Shown: piece after piece, positions 8,343 to 17,424 of the stretch
Numbering within the stretch: position 1 is the stretch's first letter
Layout of the letters: each line of letters begins with the position of its first letter
Source: an uncultured virus (IMG/VR IMGVR_UViG_3300034196_000153)
Lineage: Duplodnaviria; Heunggongvirae; Uroviricota; Caudoviricetes
Reading direction: 5' to 3' (one strand)
DNA length: 20,000 nt
Virus record (IMG/VR): IMGVR_UViG_3300034196_000153
Program-made: the position numbers and the translations under genes
The notes under the pieces: model-generated
What the model saw: only the letters and a program-made list of their open reading frames with translations
What the model was told of the DNA's origin: nothing
Database searches by the model: none

Positions 8343-9266
8343 TTATATTTTAATCATCTCTACCAGCATAAAATAATCTTTTAATTCATCTGCAGATAAA
8401 TTATCTAATTCAGTTTTCTTAATTTTCAATGTTTTAGAAATTGTTGTTTTTATTTCATTTTCGATTTCACCCTTAAAATATTCAGCTAACTTGTCTTTTT
8501 TTAAAGGCATTGAAATTATTTTATCAATAGGTGTTATTCTCAACGACTCAGAATCCCCCACCAAATAAAGTATATCACCACCTGCTAGTGGAAGAACATA
8601 AGTGTTTTTATTCGTTGCTGATGTAGGTAGTTTTATTTGAAAATAGATATTTACTTCATTCATTGAGTCTACTAAATAAACTACATTTATACATATAAAC
8701 GATTTTTTAAAATGTGTTCCGTTTTTTCCTGTTCCCTTTTGAAGCACATTATTAAATTTAATACTCGCATAGTTTTTATCCCATAGCTTTATTTGTCCAT
8801 GATAATGATTGATATGCATATGAGAAATCATGTGTTTTTTATATTTTTTCACATCAACACTGTTAAACATGCCAGAATGAAGACCTTGTTCAATAAAAAT
8901 ATCAATAATCTCAATAACTCTGTCAAAATCAGGGGTATAAGTTGTTTGTAAAAATTCAGCAATCTCTTTGCTTTTTTGGAATCTCTCAGCAACAGATTCT
9001 CCATTGTAATGGGTCATCTTAGATTTCAGATCTTTTTCGAATGAAACATAGGGATAAAACTTCTTTCTAATCATGTTGTCTTTTTTTGGACCATAAAATT
9101 GTGTTATTAATTGCCAGCCTTCGTCAGCTTGTGCTATATATTTTGTAGATTCAGAATCATTAAAACCATCGTAATATTCATCTGTGTATTTTGAGTATTT
9201 AAACAACGGCTCAAATATTTTGAGTATGTTATTGGCCTCTTGATAATTCTTGTATGAGTTAAACAT
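8343..9266 (-). CDS. Unknown-family paralog 3 of 9 (start revised from 9278)
   Basis: YTPDF, FNNVLQKGTG, FKKSFI, YFQIKLP, ELKDYFMLVEMIKI. GGAG RBS before ATG 9266. Confidence 0.88.
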   Translation of the reverse strand: MFNSYKNYQEANNILKIFEPLFKYSKYTDEYYDGFNDSESTKYIAQADEGWQLITQFYGPKKDNMIRKKFYPYVSFEKDLKSKMTHYNGESVAERFQKSKEIAEFLQTTYTPDFDRVIEIIDIFIEQGLHSGMFNSVDVKKYKKHMISHMHINHYHGQIKLWDKNYASIKFNNVLQKGTGKNGTHFKKSFICINVVYLVDSMNEVNIYFQIKLPTSATNKNTYVLPLAGGDILYLVGDSESLRITPIDKIISMPLKKDKLAEYFKGEIENEIKTTISKTLKIKKTELDNLSADELKDYFMLVEMIKI

Positions 9267-9292
9267 AATATTCTCCAAAACGTTCCATTCAA

Positions 9293-10222
9293 TTAAATCT
9301 TCAGCATTTCAACGAGTACAAAATACTCTTTCAATTCTTCTGGTGTTATTCCATCCATATCTGACTTATTAATTTTCAGTGTTTTAGAAATAGATGTTTT
9401 CATTTCTTTGTAAAACTCTTTATCAAAAAAATCTTTTAACTCTGTTTCGTCCATTGAAATTGAAGGCAATGTATCAATGCATTCTCTTCTCAATTTGTCA
9501 TCGTTTGCCATAAAATAGACAATAGCCTTTCCTGTTAATGGAATCACACAGGTTGCTTTTCGAGACTCTGAATATGGTAATCTTATTTTGAAATAAGGGT
9601 GCATTGTGTTATCAGAGTGAGCTAGATAATCAATAGATACACTAATGTAGGATTTTTTGTAGTGAGTAGTGCCACGATAACCAGAAACCCCTTTCTGCAG
9701 GATATTATTAAAAGTTACTGTACCAAAGTTATTGTCACCAATGGTAATAGTTCCAGAATAATGATTGGTGTTTAAATGAGTTTTCATCACTTTTTTGTAT
9801 TTTCTCACTGCAAGGCTTTTAAACAGTCCACATTCAATTCCTTTCTCAACAAAGAGTTTAAGAACAGTAAACATTCTATCAAAATCTGGATTGTAGGTCT
9901 TTTGTAAGAGTTCCACAATTTCTTTGCCTTTAAGTCTTCTGTCTTTGTGTTGATCTTCGTCAAAATTACGAACACGATCTCCCAGTTGTTTAAATTTAAT
10001 TTCTGGGTAGTAGGACTTTTGATCACTTTTTGAATTTTTTTTGTTATAAAACTCAATATACAATTCCCAATTATCATCAGTTATTGCCGTATAGGTTGTG
10101 ACAGAGATGTTGAAATCCGTATAGGGCTTGAACTCTTCATTAAATTTGACAAAATTGAACACTTTTGAAAACAGATTGACCAGATGATTGGCTTCTGGGT
10201 GGTTCGGATAGGTATTAAACAT
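9293..10222 (-). CDS. Unknown-family paralog 4 of 9 (start revised from 10234)
   Basis: YYPEIKF, YNPDF, FNNILQKG, YKKSYI, HSDNTMHPYFKIRLPYS, ELKEYFVLVEMLKI. GGAG RBS before ATG 10222. Confidence 0.88.
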   Translation of the reverse strand: MFNTYPNHPEANHLVNLFSKVFNFVKFNEEFKPYTDFNISVTTYTAITDDNWELYIEFYNKKNSKSDQKSYYPEIKFKQLGDRVRNFDEDQHKDRRLKGKEIVELLQKTYNPDFDRMFTVLKLFVEKGIECGLFKSLAVRKYKKVMKTHLNTNHYSGTITIGDNNFGTVTFNNILQKGVSGYRGTTHYKKSYISVSIDYLAHSDNTMHPYFKIRLPYSESRKATCVIPLTGKAIVYFMANDDKLRRECIDTLPSISMDETELKDFFDKEFYKEMKTSISKTLKINKSDMDGITPEELKEYFVLVEMLKI

Positions 10223-10246
10223 AATATACTCCAAAAATATTTAATA

Positions 10247-10257
10247 ATTGTATCATA
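10247..10257 (-). promoter_or_regulatory. Extended -10 element for paralog 4
   Basis: TATGATACAAT on the minus strand, just downstream of the internal terminator. Confidence 0.5.
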
Positions 10258-10288
10258 AATAAATATTGATTGCTATTTTTTTTGCAAT

Positions 10289-10316
10289 AAAAAAAGACCT
10301 TTCTTAAGGTCTTTTA
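10289..10316 (-). terminator. Rho-independent terminator inside the paralog array
   Basis: Minus strand AAAAGACCTT-aaga-AAGGTCTTTTTTT after the stop of paralog 5. Confidence 0.8.
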
Positions 10317-10337
10317 TCGGACTTCATGAAAAGTCAG

Positions 10338-11279
10338 TTAAAACTTTACCATTTCTATTAGAATGAAATGGCTTTTCAATTCATCATCGGTCATTTTAAC
10401 TAATTCAGTTCTTTTTATTTTCAGGGTTTTAGAAATGACATTTATTATTTCTTTTTTAAAGTTATCTCTAAAGAATAATTCTAAATAAGCATTGTCAGTT
10501 GGGTGTTCTTTAAGGTTGTCAATATAGTCTTCTTTCAAATGACTGTCTTCACTGACAAAATACATTTTTGAACAATCAAAAGAAAGAATGCAGTGTATTT
10601 TTTTGTGTGATGAATAGGGTAATTTAATTTTGAAGTATGGGTTAATTTTATTATCTTTACTAATGAGATACAAGAAATCTATACTTAAATGAGATTTTTT
10701 AAATTTCGTTTCATTTGCTCTTAATGTTTGCAGCACATTATTAAAAGTTATTTTTGCAGCGACTCTGCTGTTAAAAAACAACCTATTGTAACCATTGTAG
10801 GTGTTTTCATACCTGTAAAATTGCGTGCTAACATCTCCATTATGTGGAATTACTTTCACACTATTATAGATACCTGTGTTAATACCTTGTTGAAGATAGA
10901 TTTCAATTATCTCCATCGCTCTTTTAAAGTCAGGTTTATATATTTTTTGAAAGTGCTCCATTATTTTTTCTGCTTGTAGCTTATTAGCGATTTCTTCATC
11001 AGGTGTTGCTGGTCTTTTAACACCTTTGTAATCAGAATGGTCTTGTTTTCTATTTTTTTCAAATTCTACAACAGGGTAATAGTATTTCGAATCAAGACCT
11101 TTGGCTTTATCTGTTTCAAACGTTGCTGTAATACTCCAATTATCATCAGTAGTTGCCACATAGGCTATTGAGTCATACCACTTATGTTTAGTTTCATCGA
11201 AGTCTACAATATTTAATACAGGTTTAAATAATTTAACCAATTGATTGATTTCTTCATGATTATGGTGTTTTTCAAACAA
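10338..11279 (-). CDS. Unknown-family paralog 5 of 9 (probable TTG start, revised from 11291)
   Basis: YYPVVEF, YKPDF, FNNVLQ, FKKSHL, PYFKIKLPYS, ELKSHFILIEMVKF. GGAG RBS before TTG 11279, at the same position as the ATG of the other copies. Confidence 0.85.
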   Translation of the reverse strand: MFEKHHNHEEINQLVKLFKPVLNIVDFDETKHKWYDSIAYVATTDDNWSITATFETDKAKGLDSKYYYPVVEFEKNRKQDHSDYKGVKRPATPDEEIANKLQAEKIMEHFQKIYKPDFKRAMEIIEIYLQQGINTGIYNSVKVIPHNGDVSTQFYRYENTYNGYNRLFFNSRVAAKITFNNVLQTLRANETKFKKSHLSIDFLYLISKDNKINPYFKIKLPYSSHKKIHCILSFDCSKMYFVSEDSHLKEDYIDNLKEHPTDNAYLELFFRDNFKKEIINVISKTLKIKRTELVKMTDDELKSHFILIEMVKF

Positions 11280-11363
11280 GGGATTCTCCAAATTATTAAT
11301 ATAAATATCATAACATTAAAAACAACAAATACCATTGTATACGGATAATTTGATAGACTATTT

Positions 11364-12269
11364 TTACAACTCCATCATCTCAACCAGAGTAAAATAGTCT
11401 TTTAATTCCTCGCTGGTCAATCCGTCTAACTCTTTTTCAGTAATTTTAAGGGTTTTAGAAATAATGTATACCATTTCATCTTTAAATTGATTTTTAAAAA
11501 ATGATTTTAGAGAAGCAGGATCGGATGAGAACTTCATTACCTGATTAAAATAACCTTCTTTAAAAACGTTGTCTGCGTTGGTAAAATAAATCGTTGATTC
11601 GCCAGACAATGGAATGACACACGTCACTTTACGTTCAGTAGAATAAGGAATTCTAAGGACAAAATATGGTTTCATTTTATTATCGTCACTGACTATATGC
11701 ATAATTTTTACACTAATAGTTGCCTTTTTAAAAGCCGAGCTGTTTTTTCCTGAACCCTTTTTAAGAACATTGTTAAATGTTATATTTGCGATATTTTTTT
11801 CACAAAATCTCAAGTTTTTATAATAATCATCCACAATAAAGTGAGAACTCATACTTGGAGTGTATTTTTTCATCTCAACAGAGTGAAATAAACCCGATTT
11901 AACACCTTCGTCTATAAACAGTTGAATGACAGTTTTCACTTTCTCAAAATCAGGTTTATATACTTTTTCAAATTGTTCAACAATTTTTTTACATGTATTC
12001 TTTTTTTCAAACGTCATATAATTGTTTTTCAATTTTTTAAAGGTTATTTCTGGGCAAAAATGTTTGTGATTTTGATTCGCTAAGAATCTGTTATGGAAAG
12101 AAACAATTAGACTCCAATCATCACTATTTGTGGCTTCATATACTGACTCACCGATATCAGTTTGATACTTTTTCTTGTTATCTTCTTTAAAACTAGAAAA
12201 CACAAATAATGGTGACAATTTTTCAACAAGATCGTTTACTTCTGTATAGTTGGGCATTTCTGAAAACAT
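11364..12269 (-). CDS. Unknown-family paralog 6 of 9 (301 aa)
   Basis: FCPEITF, YKPDF, FNNVLKKGSG, FKKATI, PYFVLRIPYS, ELKDYFTLVEMMEL. GGAG RBS. Confidence 0.88.
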   Translation of the reverse strand: MFSEMPNYTEVNDLVEKLSPLFVFSSFKEDNKKKYQTDIGESVYEATNSDDWSLIVSFHNRFLANQNHKHFCPEITFKKLKNNYMTFEKKNTCKKIVEQFEKVYKPDFEKVKTVIQLFIDEGVKSGLFHSVEMKKYTPSMSSHFIVDDYYKNLRFCEKNIANITFNNVLKKGSGKNSSAFKKATISVKIMHIVSDDNKMKPYFVLRIPYSTERKVTCVIPLSGESTIYFTNADNVFKEGYFNQVMKFSSDPASLKSFFKNQFKDEMVYIISKTLKITEKELDGLTSEELKDYFTLVEMMEL

Positions 12270-12302
12270 AATAATCTCCGGTGGTGAATTATTTCAATAA
12301 TT

Positions 12303-13211
12303 TTAAATCTTAACCATTTCGACAAGAATAAAGTACTCTTTCAATTCATCATTTGATAAACCAGTTAATTCAGACTTCTTAATTTTTAATGCACCCACAA
12401 TCACGTTCTTGACTTCATTTTGTAGTTCTTTTTCAAAGAAGTCTGATAATGATTTGTCATCCATTGAAACTTTTTCATTCAGGTTGTCCACATATTTTTC
12501 TTTTAACACGTTATCTGTTTCGGCTATATACATTTTAGAGCTTCTGCTCAATGGAATGATACAAGTCACTTTCTTTGTTGCTGAATAAGGTAGTCGGATT
12601 TTAAAGTAAGGCTTTAATTCATTATCTGAGCTGACCAAATAAATGATTTCTATATTGATGTAAGCTTTCGTGAATGAACGACCTAAAGAACAATTATTTT
12701 TTTGAAGCACTTTATTTAACATGACAGTCGCATAGTTAGTGCCATTAAATGATATCTTCTGATAATACTTGTGCATACCAAAGTAGTTACTGAGATGTTG
12801 CGTTTCATCTTTTAATTTCACATGATTAAACATACCAATATCAATACCTTTTTTTACAAAAATATCAATAAGGTTAAGAACTTGATCAAAATCAGGGGCA
12901 TAGTTATTTTGAAATAGTTCAGTGAGTTCAGCCACCTTGTCTAGTTTTATGGCAGTCAGATAATCTGATACAGTGCGTTCAAACCTAATTTCAGGATAAT
13001 AATGTTTTTGATCGTGTTTGCTTCGAAAACGGTTATTGAATGATACAACCAGTTTCCAATTATCATCAGTGCTGGCACTGTAAATAGTGGAGCCAATATC
13101 TCGCTCATAGCTTTTATGATTCTCTTCATGAAAGGTTGTGAAATTAAATACTGATGAAACCTGTTCTACCAGTTTATTAACATCCTCACAATTCTTATAT
13201 TTTTCAAACAT
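12303..13211 (-). CDS. Unknown-family paralog 7 of 9 (start revised from 13223)
   Basis: YYPEIRF, YAPDF, LNKVLQK, FTKAYINI, PYFKIRLPYS, ELKEYFILVEMVKI. GGAG RBS before ATG 13211. Confidence 0.88.
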   Translation of the reverse strand: MFEKYKNCEDVNKLVEQVSSVFNFTTFHEENHKSYERDIGSTIYSASTDDNWKLVVSFNNRFRSKHDQKHYYPEIRFERTVSDYLTAIKLDKVAELTELFQNNYAPDFDQVLNLIDIFVKKGIDIGMFNHVKLKDETQHLSNYFGMHKYYQKISFNGTNYATVMLNKVLQKNNCSLGRSFTKAYINIEIIYLVSSDNELKPYFKIRLPYSATKKVTCIIPLSRSSKMYIAETDNVLKEKYVDNLNEKVSMDDKSLSDFFEKELQNEVKNVIVGALKIKKSELTGLSNDELKEYFILVEMVKI

Positions 13212-13234
13212 AATTGGCTCCAAATAATTACCTA

Positions 13235-13245
13235 ATTATAGCATA
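13235..13245 (-). promoter_or_regulatory. Extended -10 element for paralog 7
   Basis: TATGCTATAAT on the minus strand within a 40-nt gap. Confidence 0.6.
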
Positions 13246-13251
13246 CTTTCA

Positions 13252-14166
13252 TTAATATTGCACCATATCAATCAGTGTATAATATTGTTTTAATTCATCC
13301 ATTGATAAAACTCCTACTTCCTTTTTATCTAAATTAAGCTTTTTAGCAATGCTAATTCTCATTTCATTTTGAAAACACACTTTTAAGTAATCTTTAAAAT
13401 CTTTTTCATTATTAGAGATAGCTGTTAATGTATCAATGTATTTATTTTTCCACAATGCATCTTTTTCAAAAAGATAAAGTTCATTTTTATTTTCAAAAGA
13501 CATCAAACAAGTCAGTTTCTTATCTGCATTGTAAGGCAGCGTTATTTTGAAATAAGGATGAAGCGTTTCATCAGAATGGACTAAATACACAATTTCCATT
13601 TTCAATAGGGATTTTTTGTAATGAGAATTTTGATATCCCTGCCCTTGCTGAAGAACTTTGTTGTGAATAATCATCATGACTTTTTTCTCAATAAAGCTTA
13701 ATGTGCCGTGACGGTGACTATCAATAGTTAGATGACTAGTCATTTGAGGTGAATAGCATAACTCTTCGTTATTTATGATAAGACACGATTCAATACCTTG
13801 TTCGACAAACCATTTGATAATTGTCATAGGAAGACTAAAATCAGGGTTATACTTTTCGTGTATTCTTTCACTCAGGGATTCTGCAAAATCGTAAAGTGCA
13901 TAATTTCTGACGTTATTAAAATCTTTGTTAGTAACTGATATCTCTGCTTTATATTGTTTTTTAGCAGTCTTTTCTTTTGTGTTGCTTCGAAAGCGAATCA
14001 GAAAATTCCAGTCATTATCAATCGTGGTTGCTTTATAATCAGTACATCCAATGTCACGATTCATATTGAATCCATTTTCGACATTAAGACTTTTAAATTG
14101 ATAAAAGTCTTTAAATTGTTCTAAAAAGTGATAAGCTTCTTTGCTATTGGGATATTTTTCAAACAT
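13252..14166 (-). CDS. Unknown-family paralog 8 of 9 (start revised from 14178)
   Basis: YNPDF, NKVLQQGQG, YKKSLL, YLVHSDETLHPYFKITLPY, ELKQYYTLIDMVQY. GGAG RBS before ATG 14166. Confidence 0.88.
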   Translation of the reverse strand: MFEKYPNSKEAYHFLEQFKDFYQFKSLNVENGFNMNRDIGCTDYKATTIDNDWNFLIRFRSNTKEKTAKKQYKAEISVTNKDFNNVRNYALYDFAESLSERIHEKYNPDFSLPMTIIKWFVEQGIESCLIINNEELCYSPQMTSHLTIDSHRHGTLSFIEKKVMMIIHNKVLQQGQGYQNSHYKKSLLKMEIVYLVHSDETLHPYFKITLPYNADKKLTCLMSFENKNELYLFEKDALWKNKYIDTLTAISNNEKDFKDYLKVCFQNEMRISIAKKLNLDKKEVGVLSMDELKQYYTLIDMVQY

Positions 14167-14202
14167 AGATAACTCCAAATAATTATTGATTACGATAAAA
14201 GT

Positions 14203-15120
14203 TTAAATGTTTACCATTTCAACAAGCACAAAATATTCTTTCAATTCATTAATGGTTAAGTCTTTCAAATCTGTTTTACTAATTTTCAAGCGAGTAGAAA
14301 TTGTATTTTTGATTTGCCTCTCAAAGAGTTGTGTGAACAGGTCTTTGAGCTTACATTCAGTCAATGCTTCTGGTGTTTGTTGGTCAACGTGGTATTTATC
14401 CAAATGACCATCATCCAAAAAGAAATACACTTTATCTCCCAACATAGAGAGAACACAACTGATTTTCTTATTTTCAAAATACGGCAACCGAAGTTTAAAA
14501 TAAGGGTGCATTGTATTATCAGAATGCACCAAGTAGATAAAATCTACATTGATGTAAGATTTCTTAAAATGTTTTGACTGGATACCTTCGCCTTTTTGAA
14601 GGACATTATTAAAATATACATCGGCCACGTTTTGATCTGTAATATGAATTTTATTGTCATAATAATGAGCTAAAATATGTGATTCCATACTTTTTTTGTA
14701 GTATTTTTTATCCACTACGTTAATAACGCCTGCTTGGGTGCCTACATCAATGAACCAATCCATAATTTCAGTAATTCTATCAAAATTAGGCGTATACATT
14801 GTTTCTAACATGCGAACAATCGTTTGAGCATCATTTCTAATTTTATCAGAGTTGAACACTTGAACTTCATTGTCAACAAAAACGAGTTTGGCGATCTTAT
14901 GTTTCCGTTGTGTTTGATTTTTATGTGTTTCGAGTGGGTTCATGAAGATGACTTCAAGATCCCTTTGACCTGCTTGTGAAGTGGCTTCATACACAGTTTT
15001 AAAGACATAACCATGCCTGTCAGCGTAGTTTGCTTCTTTGAAATTACTGAATTTAAAATCATTTTCGAACGACTCCAAAAGAGCATTAACTTCAAGATGA
15101 TTGGGATAGATTTCAAACAT
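14203..15120 (-). CDS. Unknown-family paralog 9 of 9 (start revised from 15132)
   Basis: YTPNF, FNNVLQKGEG, FKKSYINV, YLVHSDNTMHPYFKLRLPY, ELKEYFVLVEMVNI. GGAG RBS before ATG 15120. Confidence 0.88.
   Translation of the reverse strand: MFEIYPNHLEVNALLESFENDFKFSNFKEANYADRHGYVFKTVYEATSQAGQRDLEVIFMNPLETHKNQTQRKHKIAKLVFVDNEVQVFNSDKIRNDAQTIVRMLETMYTPNFDRITEIMDWFIDVGTQAGVINVVDKKYYKKSMESHILAHYYDNKIHITDQNVADVYFNNVLQKGEGIQSKHFKKSYINVDFIYLVHSDNTMHPYFKLRLPYFENKKISCVLSMLGDKVYFFLDDGHLDKYHVDQQTPEALTECKLKDLFTQLFERQIKNTISTRLKISKTDLKDLTINELKEYFVLVEMVNI
14210..14252. repeat. 43-bp direct repeat, copy 2 (copy 1 at 5233-5275)
   Basis: Same sequence as 5233-5275 with a single A/C mismatch. Confidence 0.85.
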
Positions 15121-15145
15121 AGCATTCTCCACAAATATTTGTCAT

Positions 15146-15156
15146 ATTATACCATA
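15146..15156 (-). promoter_or_regulatory. Extended -10 element at the head of the paralog array
   Basis: TATGGTATAAT on the minus strand, between the upstream terminator and paralog 9. Confidence 0.65.
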
Positions 15157-15185
15157 AAACATTAAAAATTACTATTTAAACAGAC

Positions 15186-15210
15186 AAAAAAACCTCCGAA
15201 GAGGCTTTTT
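15186..15210 (-). terminator. Rho-independent terminator with C(UUCG)G tetraloop
   Basis: Minus strand AAAAAGCCTC-TTCG-GAGGTTTTTTT after the stop at 15241. It insulates the array from upstream transcription. Confidence 0.85.
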
Positions 15211-15240
15211 ATTTATTTCTTAACTGTTCCTATGAGAGCA

Positions 15241-15933
15241 TTAAAACTTCTTAAACATTCCCTTAAGAACATTAAAGGCTTCTTCACAATCTTCTTCATA
15301 AGGTACATGCATACTTTTTGTCCAAACCTTACCTGTCATGTTAAGGAAAGCGTTCATGAAGCGAACCTCAGCCATATAATCCAGATGTTCTTCTTTAAAG
15401 TTATCTGGAATTACATAGTGGGATACCAGATTAGATGGCAATGTATCAACGTAGTTCATCGGTTTTAGATCTCGTGCCATTTTAGCAATGGGATCAGTTT
15501 CAACGTAGTTTTTTAACAGTTTCTGATATTCTGTGAAATTGATCATTTCCATTTTATTAGTGTTATAGCTGTTTAGAACTTTGAGATCATTTAAAACTGA
15601 ATCAAAAACATGTTCATGACAAGCAAAAAAATCAATAATGTATTCTTTCTCATTGATGGTAACGACCTTATCATCACCACGAAGCCAGTCAAATTCTTCC
15701 CACGTCAGTGAACGACCCATTACTGATGATATCATATCCATCATGACCTCACCACGTTGTTTATCTCGAATATAGAAATCTTCGCTAAACTCACCTCTCA
15801 CTGCAATAGGAAATGGATGAGCGTTTTCATTGGCGTAAGCGGTTTCAACATATTTCTTTCGTATAAGAATAGGAATGAAAACCGCGTTTGGGCTGTCATA
15901 GAAGGGAAAGCTAGTAATTGAGCAGTTTCTCAT
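15241..15933 (-). CDS. Hypothetical protein (230 aa)
   Basis: GAGGA RBS, own TATGGTATAAT element (15958-15968) and own terminator. No function recognised. Confidence 0.8.
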   Translation of the reverse strand: MRNCSITSFPFYDSPNAVFIPILIRKKYVETAYANENAHPFPIAVRGEFSEDFYIRDKQRGEVMMDMISSVMGRSLTWEEFDWLRGDDKVVTINEKEYIIDFFACHEHVFDSVLNDLKVLNSYNTNKMEMINFTEYQKLLKNYVETDPIAKMARDLKPMNYVDTLPSNLVSHYVIPDNFKEEHLDYMAEVRFMNAFLNMTGKVWTKSMHVPYEEDCEEAFNVLKGMFKKF

Positions 15934-15957
15934 GAGTTGTCCTCTTGTAGTGTGTCG

Positions 15958-15968
15958 ATTATACCATA
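15958..15968 (-). promoter_or_regulatory. Extended -10 element for 15241..15933
   Basis: TATGGTATAAT on the minus strand. Confidence 0.6.
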
Positions 15969-15992
15969 GAACAGCCTAAAAGAAAACCTTAT

Positions 15993-16499
15993 TTAATAAT
16001 TTGACCCGAGCATATAATGATTATAAAATTCAGCTTTTACTTCAAACTGAACCTTAATTTCGTATTTTACAAGCGTTATATACAGTTTTGTATTATTAGT
16101 TGATAGCTGTGGTTGTTTGACTTGAAATCCTTTTTCTTCTAAAATTATCAAGGATTCACAAAGTGCTTTTTTAGTATTATTATTTGCCAATTCTGATATC
16201 AATGACGATATATCTTTAAAATCAACAAAATCAGAGCTTTTATTTTGTTGTAGTGTATTCATTACTTCCACTCTGGCGTAGTTAAAATCTTTATCATTGT
16301 CTTTTATAACATTAAAAGGATAAGGTGTTTCTCCAAAATAGAAAGAAGTTGCCTGACCCGTAAATTCTACATCATCAATAATGACATTAGTGGTGTCGCT
16401 TGTTATGGTTAGGGGTTCGGATCTGCTTTGACCTAACAAGAATGCCAATACTTTGGCTAATTTTACACAGGTTTCTTTATCTTTAATAGCTTGGCTCAT
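15993..16499 (-). CDS. Hypothetical protein (168 aa)
   Basis: GAGGA RBS right after the upstream gene's stop, so probably co-transcribed with 16514..17296. Confidence 0.75.
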   Translation of the reverse strand: MSQAIKDKETCVKLAKVLAFLLGQSRSEPLTITSDTTNVIIDDVEFTGQATSFYFGETPYPFNVIKDNDKDFNYARVEVMNTLQQNKSSDFVDFKDISSLISELANNNTKKALCESLIILEEKGFQVKQPQLSTNNTKLYITLVKYEIKVQFEVKAEFYNHYMLGSNY

Positions 16500-16513
16500 T
16501 TTAATATCCTCAG

Positions 16514-17296
16514 TTATTTAAACATGGTTTGCAATTCTTTAAACTTTTCATCATTCTTTATGTCTTGAATAGTTTTTAGGTTGTCATTTATCTCTTTGTT
16601 TTCAAAATAAACAGTAATAGCATCCATATAGTTACTATCATTACGGTCATCAATCACTTTTATAATACTCTTATCTTTGGTATAAACATTTCTGTTGAGA
16701 TTATCTTCTGCTAGAAATGAAAAGAATGGTTTATCTTCTTCATAGCCTAATGCAATAAGCTCTTTTCTAAATTTTTGTTTAATGTAATCTTTTTGTGTTC
16801 TTGTTATGTTTTCATCATTTTTAGTCATATCACCATTGGCATAGTTAAATTCAAACTTTGATTGTATCTTAATATTTAATTTAACTTTGGTAACATAACC
16901 ATACGAATAATCATAAGAAACATTATAATTACCTTTTTCATTGGTAATATTTAAATCATTGTAGGCTGATTTTGCAATATTTAGTTTTAATATGGAACCA
17001 CCTTCAACTGTTTTTATTGATTCTATATAAGGAGTTAACACTTCATATTTATTAAGGCTTTGAAAATAAAATCTTCTTTCTTTTTCTTTCGAATACATAC
17101 CCTTTTTGTTGAAAAAATTATAATTGTCTGTTTCTTCAGGTATGAATATTTCAATGGAATCTTTTTTACCCGGTAATTCTATTAAAGTCTTTATATTAGG
17201 TGGAAAACTTATTGAGGTTTCATTTATTGATGGCTCGCTGGCTAAAACATTCACAGATATGAACAGTCCAGCAAAAAATGTTAAAAATTTGTTCAT
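16514..17296 (-). CDS. Exported/periplasmic hypothetical protein (start revised from 17347)
   Basis: AAGGAG RBS before ATG 17296. Signal peptide MNKFLTFFAGLFISVNVLA|SE. Confidence 0.78.
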   Translation of the reverse strand: MNKFLTFFAGLFISVNVLASEPSINETSISFPPNIKTLIELPGKKDSIEIFIPEETDNYNFFNKKGMYSKEKERRFYFQSLNKYEVLTPYIESIKTVEGGSILKLNIAKSAYNDLNITNEKGNYNVSYDYSYGYVTKVKLNIKIQSKFEFNYANGDMTKNDENITRTQKDYIKQKFRKELIALGYEEDKPFFSFLAEDNLNRNVYTKDKSIIKVIDDRNDSNYMDAITVYFENKEINDNLKTIQDIKNDEKFKELQTMFK

Positions 17297-17424
17297 GGTT
17301 AAATCTCCTTTTGCAAAGAAATATACCTTAAGGAATAGAAAAGTCAATTTTTACAAAGAAAAAACTGGATTATTTAATTATATTTGATACTATATTGAGA
17401 CTTGTTATATTGTGGAGAATGATT

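Noticed and set aside
5226..15120. Diversity-generating retroelement or shufflon explaining the paralogs
   Set aside because: No reverse transcriptase or recombinase in the window, no template/variable repeat pair with adenine-specific mismatches, and no inverted recombination sites. All copies are full-length with their own RBS.
8271..15132. Apparent conserved N-terminal 'ME-x-x-MF' motif in the paralogs
   Set aside because: Artefact of the ORF caller starting at the TTG/GTG that overlaps the GGAG Shine-Dalgarno. The likely starts are four codons downstream (MF...).
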